Both the position numbers and the translations under genes were made by a program. From contig JASJCP010000029.1 in assembly GCA_030065935.1 (NCBI GenBank), positions 1,798 through 65,797 of the forward strand: a stretch of DNA of 64,000 nt. The letters are read 5' to 3'. The notes beneath the pieces are model-generated. The model made no database searches. It had not been told where the DNA came from and saw nothing but the letters and a program-made list of their open reading frames with translations. Below, in pieces: positions 35,161 to 44,953 of this stretch (position 1 is its first letter; every line of letters begins with the position of its first letter). The stretch is from Xenococcaceae cyanobacterium MO_167.B27 (GTDB lineage Bacteria; Cyanobacteriota; Cyanobacteriia; Cyanobacteriales; Xenococcaceae).

Positions 35161-37596
35161 ATGACTAATAGTTTTGCTGAACAAACTGTTGTCAATACGA
35201 AACCCCTAATTGAATTAAATAATCAGGGACAGATTCAAAGATTCGAGTTGACCAGAAATACCCACCACTTGGGAAGACTTGCAGAATGGTCCGATCTTCT
35301 AGTACCTGTAGATTGGAACGTCATATCTCGTAAACAAGCAGTAATTCAAAGAGAAGGTACAGATTATCGGATTTATGACGGCGATCGCGAAAATCCTAGT
35401 GGTAATGGTATGTTTATTGATAATACTCGCATTACTCTTTCGGAGGGATATCTCCTTAAACATGGGGTACAACTCTACATCGGACAAGACCCTCGTTATC
35501 AAATTATCCTGAGATACATTAACTCTAAGAGTAGTTCTCAGATCACTGTACCTAGTAGGCGCAAGCTGAATTTAAGTGGCTTAGAAGGTCGTGTAGAATT
35601 GGGTCGCTCTCCTCAACCCAATAACTATTATTCAATGCAGTTGGATGCACCCACAGTATCACGATTGCACGCTACTATCTATCTTGATGGGAAGGGTGGT
35701 CATATCCTGCAAGACCACAGCACTAATGGTACTTTTGTCAATGGCACAAGGCTAGAGCACAAAGTTCTACTCAAGCGAGACGATACCATTCAAATCGGCC
35801 CTTATATTCTTATTTATACAGGAGAATCTCTAGAATTAAATAACGCTACTAATAATATTCGTCTTGATGCTCATCAACTGTGTCGTAAAGTTAAAGATAA
35901 AAATAAACAAGAAAAAATAATTCTTAATAATCTGTCTTTGGCGATCGAACCAGGACAGCTAGTGGCTTTGGTGGGGGGTAGTGGCGCAGGAAAATCAACT
36001 TTAATGAAATCCTTATTAGGAATTGCACCTCTTTCTTCTGGAGAAGTTTTTTTGAATGGAGATAATCTGGCGCAAAATTGGGGGATCTATCGTTCTCAAA
36101 TTGGCTATGTTCCTCAAGAGGATATTATTCATTACAACTTAACTGTCAAGGAAGTTTTGACCTATGCTTGTCGGTTGCGCCTTCCTCCTGATACAGATAT
36201 TGAGCAAGTAGTTAGCAATACCCTAGAGCAAATTAAGTTATCTCATGTTGCTAATACCTTAGTTAGTCAACTTAGTGGCGGACAAAGAAAAAGAGTCAGT
36301 ATTGGAGTAGAGTTATTGGCAGACCCTAAACTGTTCTTTTTGGATGAACCAACTTCAGGGCTTGATCCTGGTCTGGATAAGGAAATGATGGAGTTGTTGC
36401 AAGAACAAGCTCAACGGGGTAGAACTATTGTATTGATAACTCATGCTACAGCAAATATCGAAGTATGCGATCGCATTGCCTTTCTGGGTTTGGGAGGGAA
36501 TCTCTGTTATTTTGGCCCTCCCAAAGGAGCTTTAAGTTTTTTTCAAATGCCGAAAATAGATTTTAAATATTTTGCCGATATTTATCTCAAACTCAATGAA
36601 GGTAAAGCTAAAGTAGAAGAATGGTCCAGAAAATATCTTAGTTCTCCTCAGTATTCTGCTTATATTAAAAATACTCTTAGCCCAGGAAAGCAAGAACAAC
36701 AAACTACAGATACGGCGATTAAAACTGGTATTTCCCCAATTAAACAACTATGGTTATTGTGCCAACGTTATTGGCAATTAGTAATAGGCGATCGTACTAG
36801 TTTAATATTGGCTTTATTATCTGGTCCCATCACGATTCTTCTAACTAGTTTCTCTTTAGGAGAAGAGCAACCCCTAAGTTTTATTAATAATTCCCCAGAT
36901 ATTACTCAAGCTTCTTTGGCTCTACGTTTACTATTTATTTTTAGTTGTATTGCCATCTGGATTGGACTTTCTAATTCTATTCAAGAAATTGTCAAAGAAT
37001 CTGCTATTTATTTTCGAGAAAGATTACTTAATTTAGGTTTAATTCCCTATGTTGGATCAAAATTAATTATTCGGGGGGGAATGGCGATCGCTCAAACCCT
37101 ACTGATGACTTTAGCTATTCTAGTATTTGAAGCTCCTGAATCAGATTTAATTAATTGGTATGGAGGATTTGCGATTACTACAGCTTTAACTTTAATAGCT
37201 AGTACAAGTTTAAGTTTAATGCTTTCTGCTGCTGTTAAAGATATTAATAAAGGCAATAGTCTGCTACCTTTGATTATGATTCCCCAGATTATTTTATCAG
37301 GAGTATTATTTATTTTTGAGGCTGAAACTTGGTCTAGTAAACTTTCCTGGTTGACCTTAAGTCGCTGGTCAGTAGCAGCCTATGGAGCTTTAGTCGATGT
37401 TAATTCTATAGCCCCAGAAATGCCAGACATGAATGAGTTATCTCAAATATTTCAACCTAGTGATGTTTATACTGCTAGCTGGGAAAACTTACTATTAAAC
37501 TGGGGAATACTATTAGTTCATGCTGTACTTTATTTTATTGCTACTTTAATAATTCAAAAAAGCAAAGATATATTAGTTTTATCTAAAAAAAAATGA
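35161..37596 (+). CDS. ABC transporter with two N-terminal FHA domains, an ATPase domain and an ABC-2-type permease domain (Rv1747-like architecture)
   Basis: 811 aa. FHA1: LGR...ISRKQAVI...SGNG. FHA2: LGRS...VSRLHATI...STNGT. Walker A GGSGAGKST, signature LSGGQRKR, Walker B FFLDEPTSGLD, then about 6 TM segments. Confidence 0.9.
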   Translation: MTNSFAEQTVVNTKPLIELNNQGQIQRFELTRNTHHLGRLAEWSDLLVPVDWNVISRKQAVIQREGTDYRIYDGDRENPSGNGMFIDNTRITLSEGYLLKHGVQLYIGQDPRYQIILRYINSKSSSQITVPSRRKLNLSGLEGRVELGRSPQPNNYYSMQLDAPTVSRLHATIYLDGKGGHILQDHSTNGTFVNGTRLEHKVLLKRDDTIQIGPYILIYTGESLELNNATNNIRLDAHQLCRKVKDKNKQEKIILNNLSLAIEPGQLVALVGGSGAGKSTLMKSLLGIAPLSSGEVFLNGDNLAQNWGIYRSQIGYVPQEDIIHYNLTVKEVLTYACRLRLPPDTDIEQVVSNTLEQIKLSHVANTLVSQLSGGQRKRVSIGVELLADPKLFFLDEPTSGLDPGLDKEMMELLQEQAQRGRTIVLITHATANIEVCDRIAFLGLGGNLCYFGPPKGALSFFQMPKIDFKYFADIYLKLNEGKAKVEEWSRKYLSSPQYSAYIKNTLSPGKQEQQTTDTAIKTGISPIKQLWLLCQRYWQLVIGDRTSLILALLSGPITILLTSFSLGEEQPLSFINNSPDITQASLALRLLFIFSCIAIWIGLSNSIQEIVKESAIYFRERLLNLGLIPYVGSKLIIRGGMAIAQTLLMTLAILVFEAPESDLINWYGGFAITTALTLIASTSLSLMLSAAVKDINKGNSLLPLIMIPQIILSGVLFIFEAETWSSKLSWLTLSRWSVAAYGALVDVNSIAPEMPDMNELSQIFQPSDVYTASWENLLLNWGILLVHAVLYFIATLIIQKSKDILVLSKKK

Positions 37597-37878
37597 TGAA
37601 GGATGAAGGATGAAGGATAAAGGATGAAGGATGAGGAATAAGTAATAAGTAATAAGAAGTAATAACAATCAACCACCTCCTCTCCCCAGTCCCCAATCCC
37701 CCAATTCCCCCCGAGAGGAGACTTAATAAATCTAGGTATTGAAGCCAAAACAGATGGACTTTGTAATGAAGTCTCCTTCGGTGCCCCACTCGCGAAGCGA
37801 CGAGTTGGGTCTCCCCCAGTCTCCCTAGTCCCCCTGACCTCTTACCTCACTCCTCATCCCTCATAATTTATCCCTCAT
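37595..37878. repeat. GGATGAAG / CCTCATCC low-complexity element, copy C; it fills the whole convergent intergenic region
   Basis: Reads gatgaaggatgaaggatgaaggataaaggatgaaggatgagg...ccccaatccccc...cctcactcctcatccctcat. It also generates the spurious ORFs at 37554-37789. Confidence 0.7.
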
Positions 37879-37884
37879 AATTAA

Positions 37885-38343
37885 TTAGACGTACTTTAAC
37901 TGACGACGAGCTTCAAATAAGCCAATAGCAACACTAACAGAGAGGTTAAGACTCCTTACTTTAGGCTGAGTAATAGAAATGTAAGCTCGATAGTCGCAAG
38001 TTGATAAAACTTCTGGTGGTAATCCTTGGGTTTCACTTCCAAATAGCAACCAGTCATTATCTTCGTAGGGACAGTCTAAATAGTTAGTATTACCACGAAC
38101 AGTAAAGCCAATTAACTTACCTGATTTTTGTTGATATTCTTGCCAAAATGCTGCTAAATTCTCATGGTAGTGCAAATTGACGTAGGGCCAATAGTCAAGA
38201 CCTGCTCTTTTCAGATAGCGATCGCTGATTTCAAAACCTAAAGGTGCAACTAAATGCAATTCTGTTTCTGTTGCTGCACAGGTACGAGCGATATTTCCTG
38301 TATTGGGTGGTATTTGAGGATAAACTAAAACTACACGCAGCAT
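37885..38343 (-). CDS. trmL: tRNA (cytidine/uridine-2'-O-)-methyltransferase, SpoU/TrmL family
   Basis: 152 aa with PPNTGNIARTC and LNLSVSVAI. The size is typical of TrmL. Confidence 0.8.
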   Translation of the reverse strand: MLRVVLVYPQIPPNTGNIARTCAATETELHLVAPLGFEISDRYLKRAGLDYWPYVNLHYHENLAAFWQEYQQKSGKLIGFTVRGNTNYLDCPYEDNDWLLFGSETQGLPPEVLSTCDYRAYISITQPKVRSLNLSVSVAIGLFEARRQLKYV

Positions 38344-38389
38344 TTTGGCAGTAATCAGTATATTTGTGGTTATTATTCTGTTTTAGGTA

Positions 38390-39544
38390 TTATGCCACTA
38401 AAATGGGTTGACAGAGTTTAGATTCTAAGTCTTGTTCTTGTTGGGCAACATTAGCAATTGCTTGTTCAATGATAGTAGGTATAGGTTGTCCCTGTTGATA
38501 TAGCTCTAACCATTGTTGAGCTTGATTTCCTTCCCGTAGAATTTTTTTCAGTGGCAGTAAGAAACAACTATATCCTTGCTGTTTGGCAATGGGGAATACT
38601 TCTTGATACATTGCTTCAATCCAGTCTCTAGCCTTAATTGTACGTCCATCTTCCCAGTGTTGTAACTCTGCATCAAGACTGTTACGGGCTACTGCTAATT
38701 CATTTTTATCGGCGATCGCAATTAGTTCTGCATTTAAATTACTGCTACTGAGGCGACTTTGTTGTAAGGGGTCAAGAGTCGGTCGTGCTAAGATTTGAGA
38801 AATCCTGGCTTCTAGCAAGGCGGTAATTGCCAATAAAGCAATAGGATCGATAATTAGGTCACAGATTCTAAGTTCTAAACGATTGAGGTTATAGGGGCGA
38901 TTATCTCCATTAGGTCTTACTGATGACCAGAGATGACGCACATTTCTCATTGTTCCTGTTGCTAGTTGTTCTTGTGTCCAGTGAATGAAATGATTATGAC
39001 TGGTAAATAGGGGAACAATAGAAGGGGTTTTAGGAAACATTTGCCAACGAGTAGAATGAAACCCAGTAGCTTTACCATCAAGAAACGGGGAAGAAGCACT
39101 CAAAGCAAGGAATAAAGGTGCTTCCATCCGAATTAGACGACAAGCTTGAAGTAGTTTTTCAGGGTCACTAATTCCGATGTTGATATGGACACTAGCAGTA
39201 ACTACATCTGTGCCATAGGTGTCTTCGATATAAGCATGATAGGGATTGTTGGGGTCAGAACGATAAAAGCGATCGCTACCTTCCAAGGATAGAGTACTCC
39301 CAGGAATTATGGTGTAGTTACCTAAGCTTGAAACATAATTTCTCAGCTTTTGTCGCGGTTTTAGTAAAGCACAAAGAATGCGATCGTAGTTAGTATAAGG
39401 CGCGGTAGTATATTCGACATTGCGACTATCAGGCTCACGCACAAACCCATCTAATTTTTTGACAATTTTGTCTGACAAACCCACGATATTGCCTTGGGGT
39501 GTGCCAGTGTACATCTCAATCTCAAAGCCTTTGCAAAGTAACAC
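38390..39544 (-). CDS. gshA: Glutamate-cysteine ligase (cyanobacterial type)
   Basis: 384 aa. The N-terminus MLLCKGFEIEMYTG resembles cyanobacterial GshA. Confidence 0.75.
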   Translation of the reverse strand: MLLCKGFEIEMYTGTPQGNIVGLSDKIVKKLDGFVREPDSRNVEYTTAPYTNYDRILCALLKPRQKLRNYVSSLGNYTIIPGSTLSLEGSDRFYRSDPNNPYHAYIEDTYGTDVVTASVHINIGISDPEKLLQACRLIRMEAPLFLALSASSPFLDGKATGFHSTRWQMFPKTPSIVPLFTSHNHFIHWTQEQLATGTMRNVRHLWSSVRPNGDNRPYNLNRLELRICDLIIDPIALLAITALLEARISQILARPTLDPLQQSRLSSSNLNAELIAIADKNELAVARNSLDAELQHWEDGRTIKARDWIEAMYQEVFPIAKQQGYSCFLLPLKKILREGNQAQQWLELYQQGQPIPTIIEQAIANVAQQEQDLESKLCQPILVA

Positions 39545-39915
39545 AATTGTCCCTCATTTAGCAGATACTAGGTTGTAGTTGTTTTTTCAGCAGAAAATTG
39601 TTTGACTCTCTAAGAGGATAACAGTTTCAGGATGCTTTACTAATAAATCCTGATTTATGGTCTGTTGACTTATTGTAAAAAAGTTCTCCTAATATTCAAG
39701 ATCAAAAAAATTTAATACTTGTTTTTAAACCCAGATGCCGATCTAGAAATGCCAATCTGCGAGGATTGGAAGCCCTTACTCTATTCGTAGAATGAGTGTC
39801 GGGAGATGTCACTAGCTCATTGACAATCCACAAAGCGACATAATGGCTACAGTATATTGGTTTCTACTAGGATAAGATCTGTCTCTGGTGTGACAAGTGA
39901 AGGAAAACAAGTTAT

Positions 39916-40158
39916 ATGTCAACTGTTTTATCATCCAACAAAAATAACAAATTACTCAGCACAGATGGGGTACAGCCTACTGTTGGTCAAAAATCCTCAG
40001 TTAAATCTCTCAGCAGAGTAGAAAATTTTGAATCTAAATTGAGTAAGATAACCCAGTGCTATCAAGCAGATCAACAAGTAAAGTATCTTCATCTACAAGC
40101 TGAGATAGATGTGTTAATTCAAAAGTTACAATCCTTAAAAAACCAAAAGCAACATTAG
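39916..40158 (+). CDS. Small hypothetical coiled-coil protein
   Basis: 80-aa ORF followed by a strong hairpin. Confidence 0.35.
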   Translation: MSTVLSSNKNNKLLSTDGVQPTVGQKSSVKSLSRVENFESKLSKITQCYQADQQVKYLHLQAEIDVLIQKLQSLKNQKQH

Positions 40159-40174
40159 TTATTGTTCAATCAAA

Positions 40175-40207
40175 CATCTAGGGACAATTAGTCTCTGTCC
40201 CTAGATG
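40175..40207. terminator. 12-bp perfect hairpin between convergent genes (possible bidirectional terminator)
   Basis: catctagggaca attagtctc tgtccctagatg. Confidence 0.5.
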
Positions 40208-40215
40208 AATTAGAT

Positions 40216-43200
40216 TTAAGCTTTAATAAAGATATCAGCAGATGTTAGATTGGGGCTGCCATTGAGATTAGCGATCGCTATAGCCGAATTGTTACCAGTA
40301 CCATCTACATCAAAGAACAAGTTACCAGTAGTATTATCATAGATAAAGCGATCGCCGTTATCTAAGGCTGCTGTTCCAACTACAAATTGTGCCGAAGCAA
40401 TTACACTATTAGCAACTAGTCCCCCACCAAAGCCAGAAGCAGAGAAAACCAGAGTATCATCACCTGCTCCAAAATCAGTAATTTGATCTCCTACTTCACC
40501 TAATTGATTGAAGACAAAGCGGTCATCCCCATTACCTCCTGTGAGAGTGTCTGAACCAATACCACCAATTAAACGGTCTGAATTACTATCACCGATTAAT
40601 ACATCATTGCCTCTATTCCCAACTAGGGTATCATCACCTTGACCACCTTCTAGAGGATCATTTCCCTGATTACCCCACAAGTGATCGTTGCCATTACCGC
40701 CAAATAAAGCATCATTTCCTTTACCACCTACTAGGGTATCATCACCATCCCCACCAAATAAGTTATCGTTACCGTTTTGTCCTTCTAGAAGATCGGGTTG
40801 ATTTAAACCTTTCAGGGTATCGTTATTAACACCACCAATGAGGGTGTCATTTCCTGTTGCACCTTCTAAGATGACATCCATAGTAGTAACCGCAGAAGCA
40901 TCTAATAGATTATTACCTGCACCACCTACTAAACGAGCTAACTCAAATTCACTAATAGTATCTGTACCTCTAGCGATTAACTGGGTATCAGTAAGTAGAA
41001 AATCAGAGTTGTTAATTTCTACCAGACGGTCATATCCAGCACCACCAATTATAGTATCGTTTCCATTACCACCACGGAGAGTGTCATTACCATTTCCGCC
41101 ATCTAAACTATCTATTCCTCCTTCTCCAAAGAGATTATCATTTCCTTCTCCTCCTATGAGAGTGTCATTCCCGTTACTAGCATTGATCAGGTCATTTCCT
41201 TCTCCTCCGTCTAGCAAATCTTTTCCTTTATTGCCACTGAGAGTATCATTCCCACTATTCCCAAAGATGCTGTCATTATCATCTCCGCCAAAGATGCTGT
41301 CATTATCATCTCCACCAAAGATAGAATCACTACCAGTTGCGCCAAAAATAGTATCGGCACCTGTAGCACCATCGATCCAGTCATCACCGCTACCACCATT
41401 AAAGAAGTCGTTACCTGCTGCTCCAATTAGCCGATCGTTTTGATTCCCACCATTGAGAGTATCATCACTATCACCACCAATGAGAGTATCAGAGCCATCA
41501 TTTCCATTGAGGATATCTGATTGTTCATTCCCCTCAAGAAGATCGTTCCCCTCTCCTCCATTGAGAGTATCTTGTCCAGTACCACCAACTAGAGTATCGT
41601 TACCATTGCCTCCGATTAAACTATCATTCCCAATACCGCCCTCTAAACTATCATCGTTGTTCTTACCGTCTAGGGTGTCGTTACCTCCTAAGCCAATGAT
41701 GTTATCTTTATCTGCTGTACCATTCAGTAGATTTGCATTGGCATTCCCAGTGATAATACTGGGGAAAGCTTCTGCAATATTGAGAATTTGATTGACACCA
41801 ACGTTATTTAAAATTGTAGTTTCACCAGAGGGCCATTGTACCTCAAGTGTACTGATAGTGGTGTTTTGACCCAAACCAAAGTGTAATCTAGAGGTATTTT
41901 GAGCGAAGACATGAACACCCCCATTTTGTTCTCGAAGTTGAGTTACACCATCGGGAGTAGTTACGAGGACTCTTGCACCAATAGCATCACGATTAGATTG
42001 AATACCTTGTAAATCTATTTCAATCCACTTATTAGTATTGCCGTTGATTCCTTCTTGATTCTGGAAGAGTTGGGAAGGAGTGCCTAAATAGGTTTTACGG
42101 GGAGATCTAGCAGTAGTAGAACCTGCAAAGATATCTAGGAAACCATCATTATCATAATCTGCAACGGCTAGTCTTTGCCCTACTTCAAAATCAAGACGAT
42201 GGGGACCTACTTCCCCGCTAGATGCTCCTCCAGCTAATTCTACTTTAGTAAAGTTACCATTACCATCATTTTCGTAGAGGATATTGGATTGATTAAAACT
42301 AGGATAGGCATTAGCAAGATAGATATCTAAATCCCCATCGTTGTCAAAGTCCCCTGTTACAGCAGACTGAGCTAAAGTAGGGTCACTAAGTCCTGCCAGA
42401 ATAGTTCGGTCTTCATAGGTGCCAGAGTTAGGATTATAAACTAAAAATTGGTCAGACAGAGCCAAACTATCAGGGTCAGCAGAAGTAAAATTGATTTCGG
42501 TTAAATCAGTAATGGCTTGATTTGACTCGACAGCAATGCGGACAATTTCGCTAGTAGTTGAAGAAACTCGCACTTCCCAAGTTTGGGTATTGGGATTGTA
42601 TCCGATATAAATACCCCTTGCAGAGCGGTTATTTTTAAGACCAACAACAGTAGAATCATTGGGGTCAAGTTGGAAAGCAGCACTACTATGATTATGTCCT
42701 GAATGATCTTCCCCACAAAAAGGACAAGCATCGCTACCAGAAGTTAAATTGGGGTCATAACCAGAACTAAAAATAGCGTCTAATTCCGCTTGTGTCGGAT
42801 TTCTGCCACTTGCACCAATAAAGATATTATTAGCATCAAAACTTCCCAAACTCCCACCTTGACTATTGAAATTAAAAAATCCAGAAGCAATCAGCCCTTC
42901 GGAATTTAATAAGTCAAAAGCAAATACTCCCTGGGTTTTGAAGCTGACCCCAATTTCTCCCCCAGTTTGCATAATTAAATCGGCGGAAACAATGGTATCA
43001 CTACCTTGAAAAACACTGGCTTCGGGAGTAAAAATGCGAGAGCGAGTTAAAAAGATATCGTTGTAACCATCGTTGTTGAAATCAGCAAGAATCGAATCTC
43101 TAGCTGAACTATGATCGGCAAAATCAAAAGAAGGATCAGTTGGCGGTGAATTACTGATTTGAGGGATAGTATCGGTAACATCAACAAAAGTATTACCAGA

Positions 43201-43917
43201 AGAAAAATCATAAACTCCCAGGGGCCAAGTATAAGTACCCTGAATTACTAAATCTAGTTTGCCATCTCCTGTTAAGTCTGCTAACTGTGCATAGCGAGAA
43301 GACTCATTTACATCTAAACCTACATCAAAGGTGCGGTCAATAAATGTACCATCAGATTGCTGTTCAAAATATGCTGTGTAGCCTTGGTTATCTTCTCTTA
43401 ATGCGGTTACTATTACCACATCAAGTAAACCATCATTATTACCATCAAACCAGACAGAAGAACGACTACGGGCGATCGCATTTTCTAAGCCTCTAACGTC
43501 TGCTTCATTTTCTAAATTACCGTTATTATTAACAAATAACTTATTACTTAAAAGAGATAAATCAACACCGCTAACATCCCCTAGTCTTCCTCCACCAGCA
43601 GCTAAGAAATCTTGATCTCCATCGTTATCAAAATCAATCCAAGTTGTACCATGAACATCCCCCCCCGCACCTTGTCGCCAGTCTGAATCAAACAGATTAG
43701 TAAAAGTTCCATCTCCATTATTTATATACAAATAAGGATATTTTCCATCGGGATATTGGGGAGATTTTCCGTTGTAACCATGTCCACTAATCCAAAGGTC
43801 TTGTAAACCATCGTTGTTATAGTCTAACCAAGCAACACTAAAAGCTTCATTACCTTTTTGTCTTGACCAATCAATACCAGCACTGGCTGCTACTTCTTTA
43901 AAAGAGTTTGAATTCAT
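40216..43917 (-). CDS. Large secreted FG-GAP/VCBS-repeat (ASPIC/UnbV-like) protein with a long RTX-type calcium-binding repeat region
   Basis: 1233 aa. The N-terminal half has repeated DxDxDGxxD FG-GAP-like motifs. The C-terminal half has dozens of GGxGxDxL nonapeptides. Confidence 0.85.
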   Translation of the reverse strand: MNSNSFKEVAASAGIDWSRQKGNEAFSVAWLDYNNDGLQDLWISGHGYNGKSPQYPDGKYPYLYINNGDGTFTNLFDSDWRQGAGGDVHGTTWIDFDNDGDQDFLAAGGGRLGDVSGVDLSLLSNKLFVNNNGNLENEADVRGLENAIARSRSSVWFDGNNDGLLDVVIVTALREDNQGYTAYFEQQSDGTFIDRTFDVGLDVNESSRYAQLADLTGDGKLDLVIQGTYTWPLGVYDFSSGNTFVDVTDTIPQISNSPPTDPSFDFADHSSARDSILADFNNDGYNDIFLTRSRIFTPEASVFQGSDTIVSADLIMQTGGEIGVSFKTQGVFAFDLLNSEGLIASGFFNFNSQGGSLGSFDANNIFIGASGRNPTQAELDAIFSSGYDPNLTSGSDACPFCGEDHSGHNHSSAAFQLDPNDSTVVGLKNNRSARGIYIGYNPNTQTWEVRVSSTTSEIVRIAVESNQAITDLTEINFTSADPDSLALSDQFLVYNPNSGTYEDRTILAGLSDPTLAQSAVTGDFDNDGDLDIYLANAYPSFNQSNILYENDGNGNFTKVELAGGASSGEVGPHRLDFEVGQRLAVADYDNDGFLDIFAGSTTARSPRKTYLGTPSQLFQNQEGINGNTNKWIEIDLQGIQSNRDAIGARVLVTTPDGVTQLREQNGGVHVFAQNTSRLHFGLGQNTTISTLEVQWPSGETTILNNVGVNQILNIAEAFPSIITGNANANLLNGTADKDNIIGLGGNDTLDGKNNDDSLEGGIGNDSLIGGNGNDTLVGGTGQDTLNGGEGNDLLEGNEQSDILNGNDGSDTLIGGDSDDTLNGGNQNDRLIGAAGNDFFNGGSGDDWIDGATGADTIFGATGSDSIFGGDDNDSIFGGDDNDSIFGNSGNDTLSGNKGKDLLDGGEGNDLINASNGNDTLIGGEGNDNLFGEGGIDSLDGGNGNDTLRGGNGNDTIIGGAGYDRLVEINNSDFLLTDTQLIARGTDTISEFELARLVGGAGNNLLDASAVTTMDVILEGATGNDTLIGGVNNDTLKGLNQPDLLEGQNGNDNLFGGDGDDTLVGGKGNDALFGGNGNDHLWGNQGNDPLEGGQGDDTLVGNRGNDVLIGDSNSDRLIGGIGSDTLTGGNGDDRFVFNQLGEVGDQITDFGAGDDTLVFSASGFGGGLVANSVIASAQFVVGTAALDNGDRFIYDNTTGNLFFDVDGTGNNSAIAIANLNGSPNLTSADIFIKA

Positions 43918-44560
43918 ATTTAGAATAATAATTATTGAATAGTGAGTTTTGCGGTGTTTAAATCTTAAATTTCTCGAATAAAAACTAAGATTTCCTAAGT
44001 ATTATCATGTATATGATGGCATTATTTATTGGCGATCACTGCAAAGATTCAATAAAGTCTCTATGTTTTTTTGGTAAAAATACTTAATAATGTAAAACAG
44101 ATTTAATAGACTTCTTGCACCCATTCTTCATTAATCGGTTTAGGAAGACAAGGACGACAAGGGAGACAAGGGAGAAATTGATTAAAAATTTACTTTTGCA
44201 AGAGGTATAATCACTATTTTCAGATCTTGCATCAGCGCGATACATCACCAAGAAATAAATTTCTTGGCTGATACTATTAAGTCCTCTCAAGAGGACTAAT
44301 ACCAGTTCTCGAAACTAACTAAATACATGAAAAATTATTTGTTATTAGGAAAAAGCTTCCAAACCCTTGTTTTATCTATTGCCTGTTGCATGAATACCTT
44401 TTGCCTTATCCTCTACTTTCGTCTCTTATGACTTTTGAGAAACGGTATAAAAGCTAGGTTTCATAAAATTGGTAGTCTATATTAACAATAAACACAAAAA
44501 AATCTAAACTTGATTATCAAGCTTAGATAAAAAAAAAGTAATTTTAAAAAGTTGTTTACT

Positions 44561-44893
44561 TTACAAATTGCTGTCTAACATGGTTTGTAGCTGTTGTTTG
44601 CCAATTGCTCCTTCATGGGAAGCAACAATTTGCTTATCTTTAAAAAGTCTTAAAGCTGGTACTCCTTCAACTTTACATTTAGCTACTGATTCGGGATTGG
44701 GATCTACTTCTAGTTTAATTACTTTTAGGCGATCGCTGTAAGTAGCAGCTACCCAACTAACGGAAGGAGACACCAGACGACAAGGGCCACACCAAGATGC
44801 CCAAAAATACACTAGTACTGCTTTATCCGTTGTCTCAACTTCTTGTTCAAACTCAGAGTCAGCAATTTCAATTACACTACTCATTAACAGCAC
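44561..44893 (-). CDS. trxA: Thioredoxin
   Basis: About 107 aa with a WCGPC active site. Confidence 0.9.
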   Translation of the reverse strand: MLLMSSVIEIADSEFEQEVETTDKAVLVYFWASWCGPCRLVSPSVSWVAATYSDRLKVIKLEVDPNPESVAKCKVEGVPALRLFKDKQIVASHEGAIGKQQLQTMLDSNL

Positions 44894-44953
44894 TCCAATT
44901 ATTCACAACAGATTGCATAGTAGCGGATTGAGTTACTTATTGAAAGTTTAGTG

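Noticed and set aside
37554-37789. ORFs 37554-37748 and 37583-37789
   Set aside because: They lie wholly within the low-complexity GGATGAAG / CCTCATCC element, and the translations are repeat-derived (SSFILHPSSFI).
40838-41791. Plus-strand ORFs within the RTX gene (40838-41443, 41453-41791), and the minus-strand out-of-frame ORFs 41211-41426 and 42501-42731
   Set aside because: They are repeat-driven shadow frames (SPPxRVS iterations) inside a well-supported RTX-repeat CDS.
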